A stretch of 63,602 nucleotides of DNA, the filler included. It is 8 parts of 8 records of this genome, joined end to end, with 100 filler letters (N's around TTAATTAATTAA, not from the genome) between each part and the next. Parts side by side here need not be neighbours in the genome. Positions count along the whole stretch, not along the records: positions 7,706 to 12,902 come from SRR31156797_27892; positions 13,003 to 19,954 come from SRR31156797_27896; positions 20,055 to 39,520 come from SRR31156797_27898; 5 more parts are not named here. One strand, 5' to 3'. Below the pieces are notes generated by a model, which saw only the letters and a list, made by a program, of their open reading frames with translations, did not search any database and was not told the origin of the DNA. The position numbers were made by a program, and so were the translations under genes. This document shows positions 10,398-21,127 of the stretch, piece by piece (the stretch's first letter is position 1; every line of letters begins with the position of its first letter).

Positions 10398-12797
10398 TTA
10401 ATTTAATTTTGCTAAATAAAAATATACTTCTGTTCCTTGATTTTCCTTACTTAACAGATAAATCTTTTCATCATAATATGAAAGTATTTTATCTACAACA
10501 GTAAGACCAAGTCCAAGACCTCTGTATTTTCTGGTATTTCCTTCTTCAAGCTGTCTGAAGCTTTGAACAACATGTTCAAGTTTCTCTTTATCCATACCTA
10601 CACCATTATCTTTAATGGTTATTTTATATTTAGAATCTTCCTCTTCAATTTTAATATCAACTATAAGATTGTTTTTCGAAAATTTAATCGCATTTGATAT
10701 TAAATTTATAAATATCTGTTTAATTGCGTCTCTATCCCCATATATCTCTGCACCTTTAGTAGTTAATTTTCTCCTGATTACTACTCTTTCAGTTTCGATT
10801 ACATTTTCCATTCTATCTAGTGCTTCAACTAAAACATCCTCAAGATAAAGTTTTTCGTTTAACATCTGATATTTCCCACTCTCTATTCTAGAGTAGTTAA
10901 GTATATTCTCTATAATCTCTTGAAGTCTCTCTACATTGCTTATAGATGTTTTAAGCGCTTTTCTTTGCTTAACAGAGATGTTACCTATCCTGGCATCTAA
11001 TAAAAGCTCAGTATAACCTTTAATTGGAACTAGAGGAATTTTTAGTTCATGAGAAACATTTGATATAAATATATTTTTCATTCTTTCTGATTCCTGAAGC
11101 TCTTTAGTTGTAATCTCCATTTTTTTATTTTCTTCTATAAGCTTGATATACAGTTTTCTGTTTTCAATTGCAAGAAGTATAGCCTTAACATATGTAAGAA
11201 GTGATTTTCTCATTTCCTGAGTTAATTTAATTCCATTATCCACAAGCATAACACCATAAAATTGAGAATCATTATTTTTATTTCCAACTAATGGCAGAAA
11301 ATACGGCTCTCTAAACTCTGTATAATACGAAAAATCATACACTTCATTTGCCTGAAGAATATCTCTTTTACTCAAGTATTGTACATACTCCTCTATCGGA
11401 AGTTCCTGTGGAGTTTCTCCTATCCCAACACCTTTTTTATACTCAAGTTTTTTAGTTTCTTCGTTATAAAGATAAATTGCTGCCTTTTGAAGAATTAGTC
11501 CTTCACGAACCCCTTTTAGGATAATATCATAAAAATTCTCATCTACTATATATTTTGAGATATTAACCATCAAATAATACATATTTGTTATCTCAGAAAT
11601 TCTACTGTTAAGCAGTTTATTAATTCTATCTATATTTTGATTTTTTTCTTTCATTTTTTTCTGAGCTTCTTTTAAATCTTTATTCATAAGTTCAAGTCTT
11701 TGAGATGAATTTTTGTTATTTCTATCTGCCTCTTCAAGCTCTTTGATCTTGTCTTTTAATTTAATCATCATAGTTTCAAAATCCTGAGCTAAAATCCCTA
11801 TTTCATCACCGGAATTTTTAAGTTTTCCTAAACTGATATTTAAATTTCCATCTTTTAATGAATTAATTTTTAGAGTTAATTGCTTAATCGAATCTACTAA
11901 TACATTTAATATGGTGGTTGAGATTAAAAACAAAACGGCAAATATGAAAAATAGAGCCATAAACAGATAACCTGTAACTTCAGATATATCATCCAATAAC
12001 TTTTTAGTATCAAAGGCAAAAATCATTTTCCCATCTGATCCCAAATCTTTCATATCAATCTCTCGACTTATATAAAGTTTATTATCTATTTCCAGATAAC
12101 CATCTCTTCTATAGTTTAACCTATCCAATTTACTATTTAGTGTAGACATCACATAGTTATTCTGAGAATCCTGTAACACTATATCAGCATTATATGTTTT
12201 TTTTAGCCCATATAACCTACCAAGACCTAGTTTATAGCTTAACGCAACAGCTCCCAGCAATTCTCTAGATTTACCTTTTGTGACGGCTGAGTATGCTTTT
12301 AAATAATAATTCCCCTCTTCATCAAGATAAAACATACTTAAATCTTCTATATGATCAGAGGTAATTCCCATACTTTTCTTTAATAATTCTTTGTTTTCAT
12401 TAATTTGATAATTCGTTCTAAATAATTCATTTAAATCAGCATCAACTATACAGATATCAACTATAGCAAAATCATTTATTCTCAGTTTGGTATACTCAAA
12501 AAAATCATTAAACTCTCTGAAATAATTATTTTCTTCATCTCTATCTGTTTTTATCTCTTGCAATAGTTCTATAAGTTCCTGGTTTTGAGCTATTAGATGT
12601 CCCTCTCTTCTAAAAGCTCCTTTTAAATCTTGCAGACTAAGTTTTATATAGTCTTTTTTCTCTTCAATATGATTGATGTACTCATCTCTCAAATTCGAAT
12701 ACACGATCTCACTGGAGATAATATATGCAAAAATAAGTGATAAAACACTCATAAATATTATAATAACTGAAAACTTGCTCTTAATACTTACGTTCAT
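10398..12797 (-). CDS. Membrane sensor histidine kinase (HAMP, GAF-like, HisKA, HATPase)
   Basis: Two TM segments, DEIGILA HAMP, SNVSHELKIPL H-box, NLISNAIKF, DNGVGM, GLGLGL. Confidence 0.92.
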   Translation of the reverse strand: MNVSIKSKFSVIIIFMSVLSLIFAYIISSEIVYSNLRDEYINHIEEKKDYIKLSLQDLKGAFRREGHLIAQNQELIELLQEIKTDRDEENNYFREFNDFFEYTKLRINDFAIVDICIVDADLNELFRTNYQINENKELLKKSMGITSDHIEDLSMFYLDEEGNYYLKAYSAVTKGKSRELLGAVALSYKLGLGRLYGLKKTYNADIVLQDSQNNYVMSTLNSKLDRLNYRRDGYLEIDNKLYISREIDMKDLGSDGKMIFAFDTKKLLDDISEVTGYLFMALFFIFAVLFLISTTILNVLVDSIKQLTLKINSLKDGNLNISLGKLKNSGDEIGILAQDFETMMIKLKDKIKELEEADRNNKNSSQRLELMNKDLKEAQKKMKEKNQNIDRINKLLNSRISEITNMYYLMVNISKYIVDENFYDIILKGVREGLILQKAAIYLYNEETKKLEYKKGVGIGETPQELPIEEYVQYLSKRDILQANEVYDFSYYTEFREPYFLPLVGNKNNDSQFYGVMLVDNGIKLTQEMRKSLLTYVKAILLAIENRKLYIKLIEENKKMEITTKELQESERMKNIFISNVSHELKIPLVPIKGYTELLLDARIGNISVKQRKALKTSISNVERLQEIIENILNYSRIESGKYQMLNEKLYLEDVLVEALDRMENVIETERVVIRRKLTTKGAEIYGDRDAIKQIFINLISNAIKFSKNNLIVDIKIEEEDSKYKITIKDNGVGMDKEKLEHVVQSFRQLEEGNTRKYRGLGLGLTVVDKILSYYDEKIYLLSKENQGTEVYFYLAKLN

Positions 12798-12872
12798 TAG
12801 TGGCCTCCTTGATAATAAGCAAAAAACGTGTTACACTAGTTTCAGGTGAATACACAGTATAAGCCATAGTTC

Positions 12873-12901
12873 ATTATACATAATTATTTTTCAAAGTTCA
12901 A
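12873..12901 (-). promoter_or_regulatory. Sigma70-type promoter for the sensor kinase
   Basis: TTGAAC-17 nt-TATAAT. Confidence 0.6.
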
Positions 12902-12902
12902 G

Positions 12903-13002
12903 NNNNNNNNNNNNNNNNNNNNNNNNNNNNNNNNNNNNNNNNNNNNTTAATTAATTAANNNNNNNNNNNNNNNNNNNNNNNNNNNNNNNNNNNNNNNNNN
13001 NN
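12903..13002. other. Artificial contig spacer
   Basis: N-run with TTAATTAATTAA. Confidence 0.99.
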
Positions 13003-13182
13003 TTTTTCGGATCGTGCCGGCTTCGCCGTACCCTTCGGGCCAGTTTAAGTTATTCATACCTTTCAACCAGTCAAACTTATTTTTCCCGAAACCTTCACTA
13101 GCATCCTTAAAGACTGCTCAAATAATGAGTTACTAAAAATTGCTGAGATCAAAGCTGCAATTAACAGGATTTCTACAGAACC
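13003..13182. mobile_element. End of an IS/MITE-like element at the contig edge
   Basis: ATTTCTACAGAACC (13169-13182) is the exact reverse complement of GGTTCTGTAGAAAT at 18924-18937; contig breaks 180 nt inside, as expected for a repeat. Confidence 0.5.
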
Positions 13183-13311
13183 GGAATTAAGTTCCTTTAA
13201 ATAAAGATAAAACAAATATTATCTAAAATGTGATTTGAAAACTGTGTTCAAAATGAGTGTTGTCGGAATAGTTCCAACAAAATACCGAGAATCAGAGGCT
13301 AAAAGCATACC

Positions 13312-14172
13312 ATGGAAGAAGAAAAGAATGACAGCTTAAAGGAGCAAAAAGGAGACCTCTCCTGGCTTAAGGTGTTCACCGGAGGACTGGCACTTTATAT
13401 ATTTGGAGTATTCGCCCTAGCTGCAACACGTAACACCAATATATTTCCCACAGTTGTCATGCTGGGGAATTTCCTCGTTCCCATCACCTATGTAGCATTC
13501 TTCTACCAGAGACGACACCTGAGCAAGCTTGGTATGCCAACAACTGCATGGGCCTTCTTCTACGGAGGGCTTCTGGGTGTGCTGGCAGCAGCGACATTGG
13601 AACCGATATTCCTGTCACAGCATCCACTGTTTTTCTCTTTTGAGGTTGGGTTAATAGAGGAGTTTGCCAAGATACTGGGAGTTGTGATCATTGCCAAACG
13701 CTGCTTCCATGATTCAGAAATGGACGGACTTATCCTCGGGGCTGCATCAGGAATGGGATTTGCGGCGCTGGAAAGTACAGGCTATGCGTTCACGGCATTC
13801 CTGGCAAGCGGTGGGAGCCTGACACAGACAGTGCTGATCACACTTGTCAGAGGTGTTATCGCACCGATAGGACATGGTACGTGGACAGCTATACTTGTAA
13901 GCGTGATGTTCAGGGAGAGCGGACCCAGAATGTTCCACGCAAACTACAAGGTGGTCGGAGCATACCTGACCGTGGCAATACTTCACGGGCTCTGGAATGG
14001 GTTGCCTGAAGTACTGTCAATATTCCCCATACCTGTGGTGAATGTGTTCACCGGGCAGATGATAATAGCGGCAGTAGGATTCTTCCTTTTGTGGAGACGA
14101 TATGAAGAAGCAAAGAAGCTCCAGATAGAGAGACTGAATAAAGGCGTACCTCAGGCAGATTGCTGGAAGTGA
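13312..14172 (+). CDS. PrsW-family intramembrane glutamic metalloprotease
   Basis: GLIEEFAK, GMGFAALES, HGTWT and HGLWN motifs; multi-TM. Confidence 0.92.
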   Translation: MEEEKNDSLKEQKGDLSWLKVFTGGLALYIFGVFALAATRNTNIFPTVVMLGNFLVPITYVAFFYQRRHLSKLGMPTTAWAFFYGGLLGVLAAATLEPIFLSQHPLFFSFEVGLIEEFAKILGVVIIAKRCFHDSEMDGLILGAASGMGFAALESTGYAFTAFLASGGSLTQTVLITLVRGVIAPIGHGTWTAILVSVMFRESGPRMFHANYKVVGAYLTVAILHGLWNGLPEVLSIFPIPVVNVFTGQMIIAAVGFFLLWRRYEEAKKLQIERLNKGVPQADCWK

Positions 14173-14288
14173 GCAAAAGTAGTACATCCTCATACAAAAA
14201 TAATAATTTTTTTATATAAGTATCGCATTGTTCGTAAAGAATACATAAGTCTGGACGTATGATATTCATTTTTCTGGTTGGTAACCAT

Positions 14289-14897
14289 ATGGACAAGGAG
14301 AAAACGATCGAATGGGACATCGATGTCTCGATATTGAACAACAGGTTCATCGTGAAAGAGCTCATGAAGGTACTTGGAATAGCAACCGGTTTCACTGCTG
14401 CTATTGTGCTCCTGATAAGTCTTCCTGCTATCCTTGATGGAACTATCAGTTCGAATAGTAGCAATGCAAGAGGCATAAAATATGCATTGATACTTGTGAG
14501 TGTCACTTTTCTCTTGACCGTATTGTTCATATTCGCGTACTATGGGAACAGATACTCGCTCTCTTATACCATAAACAGTAAGGGAGTCAGCACGATCACC
14601 AGAGAGGATCAAAAGAACAGGAACAACAAATTGAATTTCCTGATCGTGATCATAGGGATTCTCGCACGGAGCCCCTCCGCAGCAGGAGCAGGCTTGCTGG
14701 CAAGCTCTCACCAGAACCAGGACATAAAATGGAAGAATGTTAAAAAAGCGAAATTCTATCCTGGCAATAATACGATAACACTCTCCGCAGGATACGGAGA
14801 GAAAAGCATTGTATTCTGCAATGTTGAGAACTACAGCAGGATCGCAGAGTATGTCAGGTCTAGCTGTTCCAATAACTGCAAGATAATTGAAAAATGA
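14289..14897 (+). CDS. Hypothetical membrane protein
   Basis: Three hydrophobic segments; likely start at MDKEK, though the ORF is open from 14259. Confidence 0.7.
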   Translation: MDKEKTIEWDIDVSILNNRFIVKELMKVLGIATGFTAAIVLLISLPAILDGTISSNSSNARGIKYALILVSVTFLLTVLFIFAYYGNRYSLSYTINSKGVSTITREDQKNRNNKLNFLIVIIGILARSPSAAGAGLLASSHQNQDIKWKNVKKAKFYPGNNTITLSAGYGEKSIVFCNVENYSRIAEYVRSSCSNNCKIIEK

Positions 14898-14909
14898 AGG
14901 GGAAATCCT

Positions 14910-15719
14910 TCATTCGAGACATGGGCTTTCAAGGCATTCTTTCATAAGGGCGAATCTGTCCACTATCCCGATCAGATGAGAATCCTCGGTGACACATAAG
15001 CGACCAACATTGTGCTGGACAAAAGCTTCCACAGCCCTTGATATTGTAGTTGTTGAGCTGATAGAATACAATGGTGTTGACATGACTCTTTCCACTTTTG
15101 GCGAATCTCCAGACACACTGTCGTGAGTGTCCGCCGACCTGTTACCAGTCCTTATAAATCCAACTTTCAGAATGTCTCTTCTTGTAACGATGCCCAGAAC
15201 CTCATCCTCATGGGAAAGAACAGGAATTCCCGAATAGTCCCATTCCAGCATGCTTCCCCACACTCTGGAAACTGTATCATCATTGTATACAGTCTTGACT
15301 TTTGTGTTCATTATTTCACTGACATTCTTCCGGTGCAGTTTCATTGGATGCATGTGGTGAAGGATATCTGTATCGCTAAGTACGCCTGCAATGACCTTAT
15401 CGGTGGAAGATCTCATGACAGGTGCACGGTGCTGTCTGGAGTCAAGAAGCGCCTTTGCAGCAGCCCGAACATCCATGTCCGGAGTTATCAACGGAAACTC
15501 GTGAGCATAGCCACCAGCTGTCACTTCCGACGTGTTGGACTGCAAGCGTAGAACGTCACTGTCATCAAGCATCCCGACTACACGTCCTCTGTCGTCAAGC
15601 ACAGGAAGACTATGCAGGTGATTATCACGCAATAGATGTCTGGCGTATGTCATTATGTCATGCTCTTTTATGCAGACCAGATCAGTGGTCATTATGTCCC
15701 CAACTATCATTCGTTTCAC
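14910..15719 (-). CDS. CBS-domain protein (four CBS repeats)
   Basis: VGDIMTT, SLPVLD, VSEIMNT, GIPVL, VERVMSTP repeats. Confidence 0.9.
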   Translation of the reverse strand: MKRMIVGDIMTTDLVCIKEHDIMTYARHLLRDNHLHSLPVLDDRGRVVGMLDDSDVLRLQSNTSEVTAGGYAHEFPLITPDMDVRAAAKALLDSRQHRAPVMRSSTDKVIAGVLSDTDILHHMHPMKLHRKNVSEIMNTKVKTVYNDDTVSRVWGSMLEWDYSGIPVLSHEDEVLGIVTRRDILKVGFIRTGNRSADTHDSVSGDSPKVERVMSTPLYSISSTTTISRAVEAFVQHNVGRLCVTEDSHLIGIVDRFALMKECLESPCLE

Positions 15720-15961
15720 TCCTGAAAATTAAATATAAGATACAAGGTTCGATGCAAAGTTCGATAGCAATTTCAGCACCAAGTTTGACATCGATAGCAA
15801 GTTTGTTCCCGCTTCTCCATCCCACTGGATCTGCAGGAGCTTTCACTCCAATATGATATTATGCGTCAATAGTATTTGTAAATCCCGCCAGCTCAACAGT
15901 TAAAGAGGTTTTCTGGCTCTGACCCATAGATTATTATGCGAACGGATACAAGGACAGATAT

Positions 15962-16351
15962 ATGATACCAGTTAATTTTGTGCTGATAGCTATCCTTATA
16001 CTTCTTCTTGCAGGACTGGCTATGTCATACTTTGCATTCAAGCTCAAAAGGCAAGAATACAAGACCACCGGAAAGTACCCTAAGGGACACTACATGGGAC
16101 AGGGACTTGCCATCGGTATCGCTATCGGTATCCCTCTGGCCTTTGCACTTGATAATATCTTCCTGGGATATATGATAGGTCTTGTGATCGGTACCGTCCT
16201 GGGTACACGTAATGAGAATAAACACGAACACGAGTTAAGACCTCTCACCCCAAGGGAAAGGGAACTGAGAAAGAAGACGATCCTCATATTCGGAGCACTC
16301 TTCGTACTGGGTCTTGTAATCTTTGCAGCAATGTACTTCGCCAGCGTCTAA
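15962..16351 (+). CDS. Small membrane protein
   Basis: GHYMGQGLAIGIAIG and LRPLTPRE motifs, typical of a Methanosarcinaceae hypothetical family. Confidence 0.75.
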   Translation: MIPVNFVLIAILILLLAGLAMSYFAFKLKRQEYKTTGKYPKGHYMGQGLAIGIAIGIPLAFALDNIFLGYMIGLVIGTVLGTRNENKHEHELRPLTPRERELRKKTILIFGALFVLGLVIFAAMYFASV

Positions 16352-16383
16352 AGAACGACACTGCTTACGGAAAATACACACTC

Positions 16384-16408
16384 ATGGCAGGTCCACTCAT
16401 CCTGCCAT
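16384..16408. terminator. Hairpin between convergent genes
   Basis: ATGGCAGG-9 nt-CCTGCCAT. Confidence 0.45.
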
Positions 16409-16419
16409 TATTAAAAAGA

Positions 16420-16551
16420 CTATTTTGAGTTATCAGAAGTTCCGGAATCATCCTCATTCTTATCTTCGGATTCTTCCCTCTCTCCAAAGTCAACCATTAT
16501 ATGGTTGCATCTTCCACTTTTTGCACCGCATACTTTACAATATCTTGCCAT
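16420..16551 (-). CDS. 43-aa zinc-finger-like microprotein (not in ORF track)
   Basis: MARYCKVCGAKSGRCNHIMVDFGEREESEDKNEDDSGTSDNSK; CxxC...CxH; GAGG RBS; downstream hairpin. Confidence 0.65.
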   Translation of the reverse strand: MARYCKVCGAKSGRCNHIMVDFGEREESEDKNEDDSGTSDNSK

Positions 16552-16670
16552 GGGTTTTCCTCTTAGGTAATTAGGTTGTGGATTGGAGATAAGGCTGTGG
16601 GTGTACTGGTTTTTGGAGGGGGGTTATAGAGGTACTCTGCTTAAAGTGAATAATTGATAAGTGAGTTTAA

Positions 16671-16820
16671 GCAGGCATTCAGGAGTCATTAATCAAGTAC
16701 ATGGTCGGCCACTCCAATGGATCTGTACTGATGACTAATTACTTAGATAAGCTGAATAATTCAACAGTGAGTTATAGAAAAGTCATGCCTAAGCTGATGG
16801 AAGTTATGGCTGATTTATAG
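16671..16820 (+). pseudogene. C-terminal remnant of a tyrosine recombinase/integrase
   Basis: AGIQESLIKYMVGHSNGSVLMTNYL... resembles box II (GH...Y); preceded by in-frame TAA and lacks the upstream catalytic region. Confidence 0.55.
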
Positions 16821-16836
16821 GATATATAATGAGTAT

Positions 16837-17952
16837 TCAATCCAAAAATGGATTGTATTCATAGATTTTCTTGAAATGATGCCCATTTTCTTCAAAAATA
16901 CTAGGCATTTTGCTATCAATTTCTTTTATTATATTTAGGGATAAATTAACATCTAGGCAACGAATACAATCTATTTCTACAAGGTGCTCCTCCATCTTAT
17001 TACAATAGTTGTAAGAATAAGGAAGTGATGAAATAAAACCTCCATTTTCACAATTAAATTCGTAGATATCAGGAATTTCTGATATACAAAAAACCATGAC
17101 TCGAAGTAAATAATTTGATGTATCATATTTAAATCGAAGAAGTATTCTCTCAGTATCATGATAATTTTGGTTGTTTAATGAATCAATACTTTGAAATGAA
17201 GATTTCGTTTAATATTCAGCTGTGAATCCTTGCATATTTTTCGCACACAGCCATGTATCTTCATAGAAAAACTCATGATTCGCACAAAGTTCCCTTAATA
17301 ATCTTATAAGTTCTTCTTTATTTATTTTATTTTTAAAGTGATAGAGGTTATATGGATGTTCTGAGTCTAGTGCTTCAATTCGCGACTGGTGAACAGGGAT
17401 TAACATTTCAGCAGATTGCTGATATTCTTTTTCAGTAGAAGTAGATTTAACCCAATGAAAATGTATATTTTTATATTCTTCAATAAGTTCCTGTATAGTG
17501 TTGTCCTTAACAAAATAACAACATACTTTGTATACCTCTATATTATTTGATTTAAGTGTTTCAATTATTTTTCTTATTTCATTTCCATTTCTGATAGCAT
17601 CAGTTAACACAATTACAGGTTTTTTTACTTCCATACACTAGGCTCTTATTTCTGTAATAGGAGTGTCGTGATAATTTCGTACATAAGCAATAGCATGCTT
17701 TTTAGAAAGTAAACGATTTAAAAAAGGATGGTATAAATGGTCTCCTCTTCTTTCTGTAATATAAATAGTTGTAGGATGTTCTTTTACAACTTCATCTATT
17801 ACAGTAGACAGTTCTATATCAATTTCAGCAATTATTTCAGAAGGGTCTTTTTTGTGAACATTCGGAAAAATATCTTTCAGACCTATTTCTTCTTCGTCTA
17901 TTATTTCTTTTTCGTCTGTTATTTTTTTCTTGGAAGGGTCCACAAATTTCAC
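16837..17952 (-). pseudogene. Phosphoribosyltransferase-like gene of 372 codons broken by two in-frame stops
   Basis: ORFs 17638-17952, 17209-17634 and 16837-17097 share one frame, separated only by TAG (17638-17640) and TAA (17209-17211); PVIVLTDAIRNG resembles a PRPP-binding loop. Confidence 0.7.
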
Positions 17953-18402
17953 CTCGCTTCCTATGTAGTTAACCTATTAAAGTATATCGAAGTGATGTAA
18001 GCAAATATGCTTAATTGTATGTGAATGTATAATATTTATTCTGCATGGATGTTTATTAGGATTGTTTCACAAAAGTTATATATAATGTATACAAATCTAT
18101 ACATATAGTACACTGTGGTTGAAACTATAATAGGTACTGTTATTTATATATTATACTTGTAATATTTGGACTGTTGGCAGTTTGCCGATAATCATATGAG
18201 GATAAAAAGTATACCTTATGTATCAAAAAGAGTTATATAGGATGATGATTATGTGTGCTCCCATATCTTTGATTAAAAAATCAAATGAAAATATAATGAA
18301 TAAAAAAAAGGATAACATTAGAATCTTACATATTATGCAGTTTACTATTACTGAATATTTTAGTATTTAGATTTATGGAACACTTAATGGAGGAATGTAG
18401 GA

Positions 18403-18738
18403 GTGTCAAACAATACGGTGGAAGTTGTAAAGAGAAAAAGCAACCCATTGTCAAACGAATTAAAAGTTGCAGCGGAAATATTCCGATGTAGCGAATCAAA
18501 TGAAAGAATATGGTTTGGAAAATTAGTTGATTTGTTACAAGGTGAAGTATCCAAGGCTACAATTTCAAGGTCATTGAATGTACTTTTCGATTGGGGCATT
18601 GTCAAAGCAGAGTATGGAGAAAGTGAGAAAGGAAGGGCTGCTCGCTTGTTGAAAATCAGCAATGAGAACACACCCCTAATAAAAGAACTATATGATAAAT
18701 ATTGGAAAGAATACAGAAAAGATTTGCCATTCAAGTAA
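18403..18738 (+). CDS. Winged-helix DNA-binding protein
   Basis: VSKATISRSLNVLFDWGIV HTH plus wing; divergent from the PRTase-like gene. Confidence 0.7.
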   Translation: MSNNTVEVVKRKSNPLSNELKVAAEIFRCSESNERIWFGKLVDLLQGEVSKATISRSLNVLFDWGIVKAEYGESEKGRAARLLKISNENTPLIKELYDKYWKEYRKDLPFK

Positions 18739-18923
18739 TTAAACATGATGGCTATTCTCAACGATAAATATCGCTGCTTAGGTATTTATAAAGATAATCG
18801 ATGCATTTTTAGTTCCATAAGGACTTAAATCCGGTTACCTTTTTTTTTGATTTTTTTGTGTGTATTCTTTAATTTCCTCATAAAAAATTAATCAGAGTAC
18901 ATTATTTACTTTCATTTTTTGTT

Positions 18924-19045
18924 GGTTCTGTAGAAATACTCAATATTTAGTTGGAGATTTAGGTATACACTGATTTTAAATGTATTATAAGAAAATGGTA
19001 GTAATTACCTATTTCTCCCTATTGAGATTTTTTTTCTACAAAGTC
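18924..19045. mobile_element. Putative 122-bp MITE
   Basis: Imperfect terminal inverted repeats GGTTCTGTAGAAA / TTTCTACAAAGTC, with inner CTCAATA / TATTGAG; no coding capacity. Confidence 0.5.
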
Positions 19046-19065
19046 ATTATCTTTATATATTTTTA

Positions 19066-19954
19066 TTATTCTTCTCCATCCTTATCTATTTCAGTGCTCC
19101 ATTTTCTCCATAAAGTATGCACTGTATGTATATTGGGTGAATCTGTGAGTTTTTCATCTTTTACTAATTGATCAATCTTTTTACATGCTAAAAGCTTTAG
19201 TTTTTCTAGATGTTTCAAACTAAACAATTCCTCACTTTCAATGTTTCCTGGTGTCTCTGTGTTGTGGATACTATCTTGGAAATCTATTAACCACACAATT
19301 GTGTATATACTTCTGTTATTGTTCTCTATTGATTTTTTGAGAATCTCAAACCGTTCATCTTGTGACTTAATTTGACTCAATAAAGAGGAAATTAACCAGT
19401 ATATTTTCATTTCTAGTTCACAAAATGTGCTTTTGTCGTCTTCTTCTTGAAATAAATCTGCAACATCTAATATGGCAACTATAAATGGATCTATGTTAGC
19501 ATATGGTATTTTTTCTATATTATGTGTAAATGTATCTAAAAAGTCCAAAATGTTACCATCATCTCTAATATTTAATAACAATTCTGAGATTTTAGTAACA
19601 TCACCCATCTCTTTCTTAAAAAACACCCTAATTTCACGTTGCGGCACTTTTCCATTTGGGAGGGACAATGTAAAGTAGATGTCAAATATATCTTCCGAAC
19701 AAATACAACGATTTTTTTTCCATGTATCCATAATTTCGACATTGTGAGTATTGTTGCTATAATATGAGCTGACTTTTGGAAACAATTCAGACAAATACTC
19801 TTTTAAGAAGGCTTGACTTCTATTATCCCCTTTATCGATAGTGTTATCGAATATTATTTTGTAGTCAGCTTTTCTAGACATGTTGCTAGGCTCTAAGATA
19901 CCTGCAAATACATCTTTATTATTTTTTATTTCATGATAGACTTCGGGCAAAAAA
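19066..19954 (-). CDS. C-terminal part of a KAP-family P-loop NTPase-like protein (5'-truncated)
   Basis: PEVYHEI..., LFPKV, RCICSEDIFDIYF resemble the conserved post-NTPase region of KAP proteins; the P-loop itself is not in the window. Confidence 0.6.
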
Positions 19955-20054
19955 NNNNNNNNNNNNNNNNNNNNNNNNNNNNNNNNNNNNNNNNNNNNTT
20001 AATTAATTAANNNNNNNNNNNNNNNNNNNNNNNNNNNNNNNNNNNNNNNNNNNN
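19955..20054. other. Artificial contig spacer
   Basis: N-run with TTAATTAATTAA. Confidence 0.99.
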
Positions 20055-21127
20055 CTTGTTCCGTCTGTTTTGGTCAGTGTTACTTCGCCGGTTGCATATG
20101 TGATTAATTCTAAAGATGTTCTATCTAATCTGAAATTATGAACTTCAAATGCACCGCCTTGATTAAAATTATTCACCCACAATTGACCATTTAGTGATCC
20201 TCCAGTAGTATTGAGTGTTGCATTTGGTGCAATTACAGAACCTACAATTCCATAATATGTAGTATTAATTGTTGTTGCATTTGGGAATACAAATAATATC
20301 TTAGGTGCAAGTACATCCATATCGTTTCCAACACTGTATGGCTCAGCTGTATTTATTACTGTCTCATATGTACCGTCGTTATCTTTATCATAAACCATTG
20401 CTCCGCTACTAAAAGTGATTGTTGTTGCATCTGAATATATTAGCAATAAATCATATGAATCCATATTTGGTATATTTATGGATGAAATGTTCAGAGTCCC
20501 AATTCCAGTAATTCCAGATGAAATAAGAACATTAGAATTCTCTGCATTCGTACTTATTCCCAGAGAAGCTCCCGTAATTTGTGTATCTGGGGTAAGAGTA
20601 GAAATATCACTTGCATAAGCAACAACTTGATTTTCTATCGTATCAATTGCATTCTTTATATTTGCATATGTCTCAATTGTATGCTGAATAGGTTGAGAAG
20701 ATATAATGTTACTAGGATCAGAAGTTGATGTATAAACTGCATTAGCACTCCCTGGTGTCCCAGAAACAACTGACTCAATTACCATACTGCCCCCACCGCT
20801 GACACTAGACATTGTTCCGCCAAGCATTAATGTAGGATAACTTTCATCAGCCGCTGTGATTGGTTCACCTATTAAAAATGCTCCTCCACTAGCACCTGCC
20901 CCAATAGTATATGATTGCCCTGCTAAAGCAGGGGCATGAAGATCACCCAAAACCGCCAATGGGCACTCAACATCTGCTTGATCAGCCACCATATCACCAA
21001 AAACTACAGTACCATAATGATCAATATCACCTAAACCCATTAATGGTGCTGCATAAGCATTTTCTGTAAAAATGATTGATGATATAAAAAGTCCTGCAAT
21101 CAAAACAGCATTTATTAGTTTTCTCAT
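20055..21127 (-). CDS. Secreted choice-of-anchor A / collagen-binding-like surface protein, 3'-truncated
   Basis: Signal peptide; ADVECPLAVLGD; ILFVFPNATTI..GSVIAPNA..GGSLNGQ..EVHN; start of a SpaA-like domain (GEVTLTKTD). Confidence 0.8.

Noticed and set aside
13169-18937. Composite transposon bounded by the two 14-bp inverted copies
   Set aside because: Judging by the MITE at 18924-19045, each copy begins an element that extends away from the intervening DNA; no transposase between them
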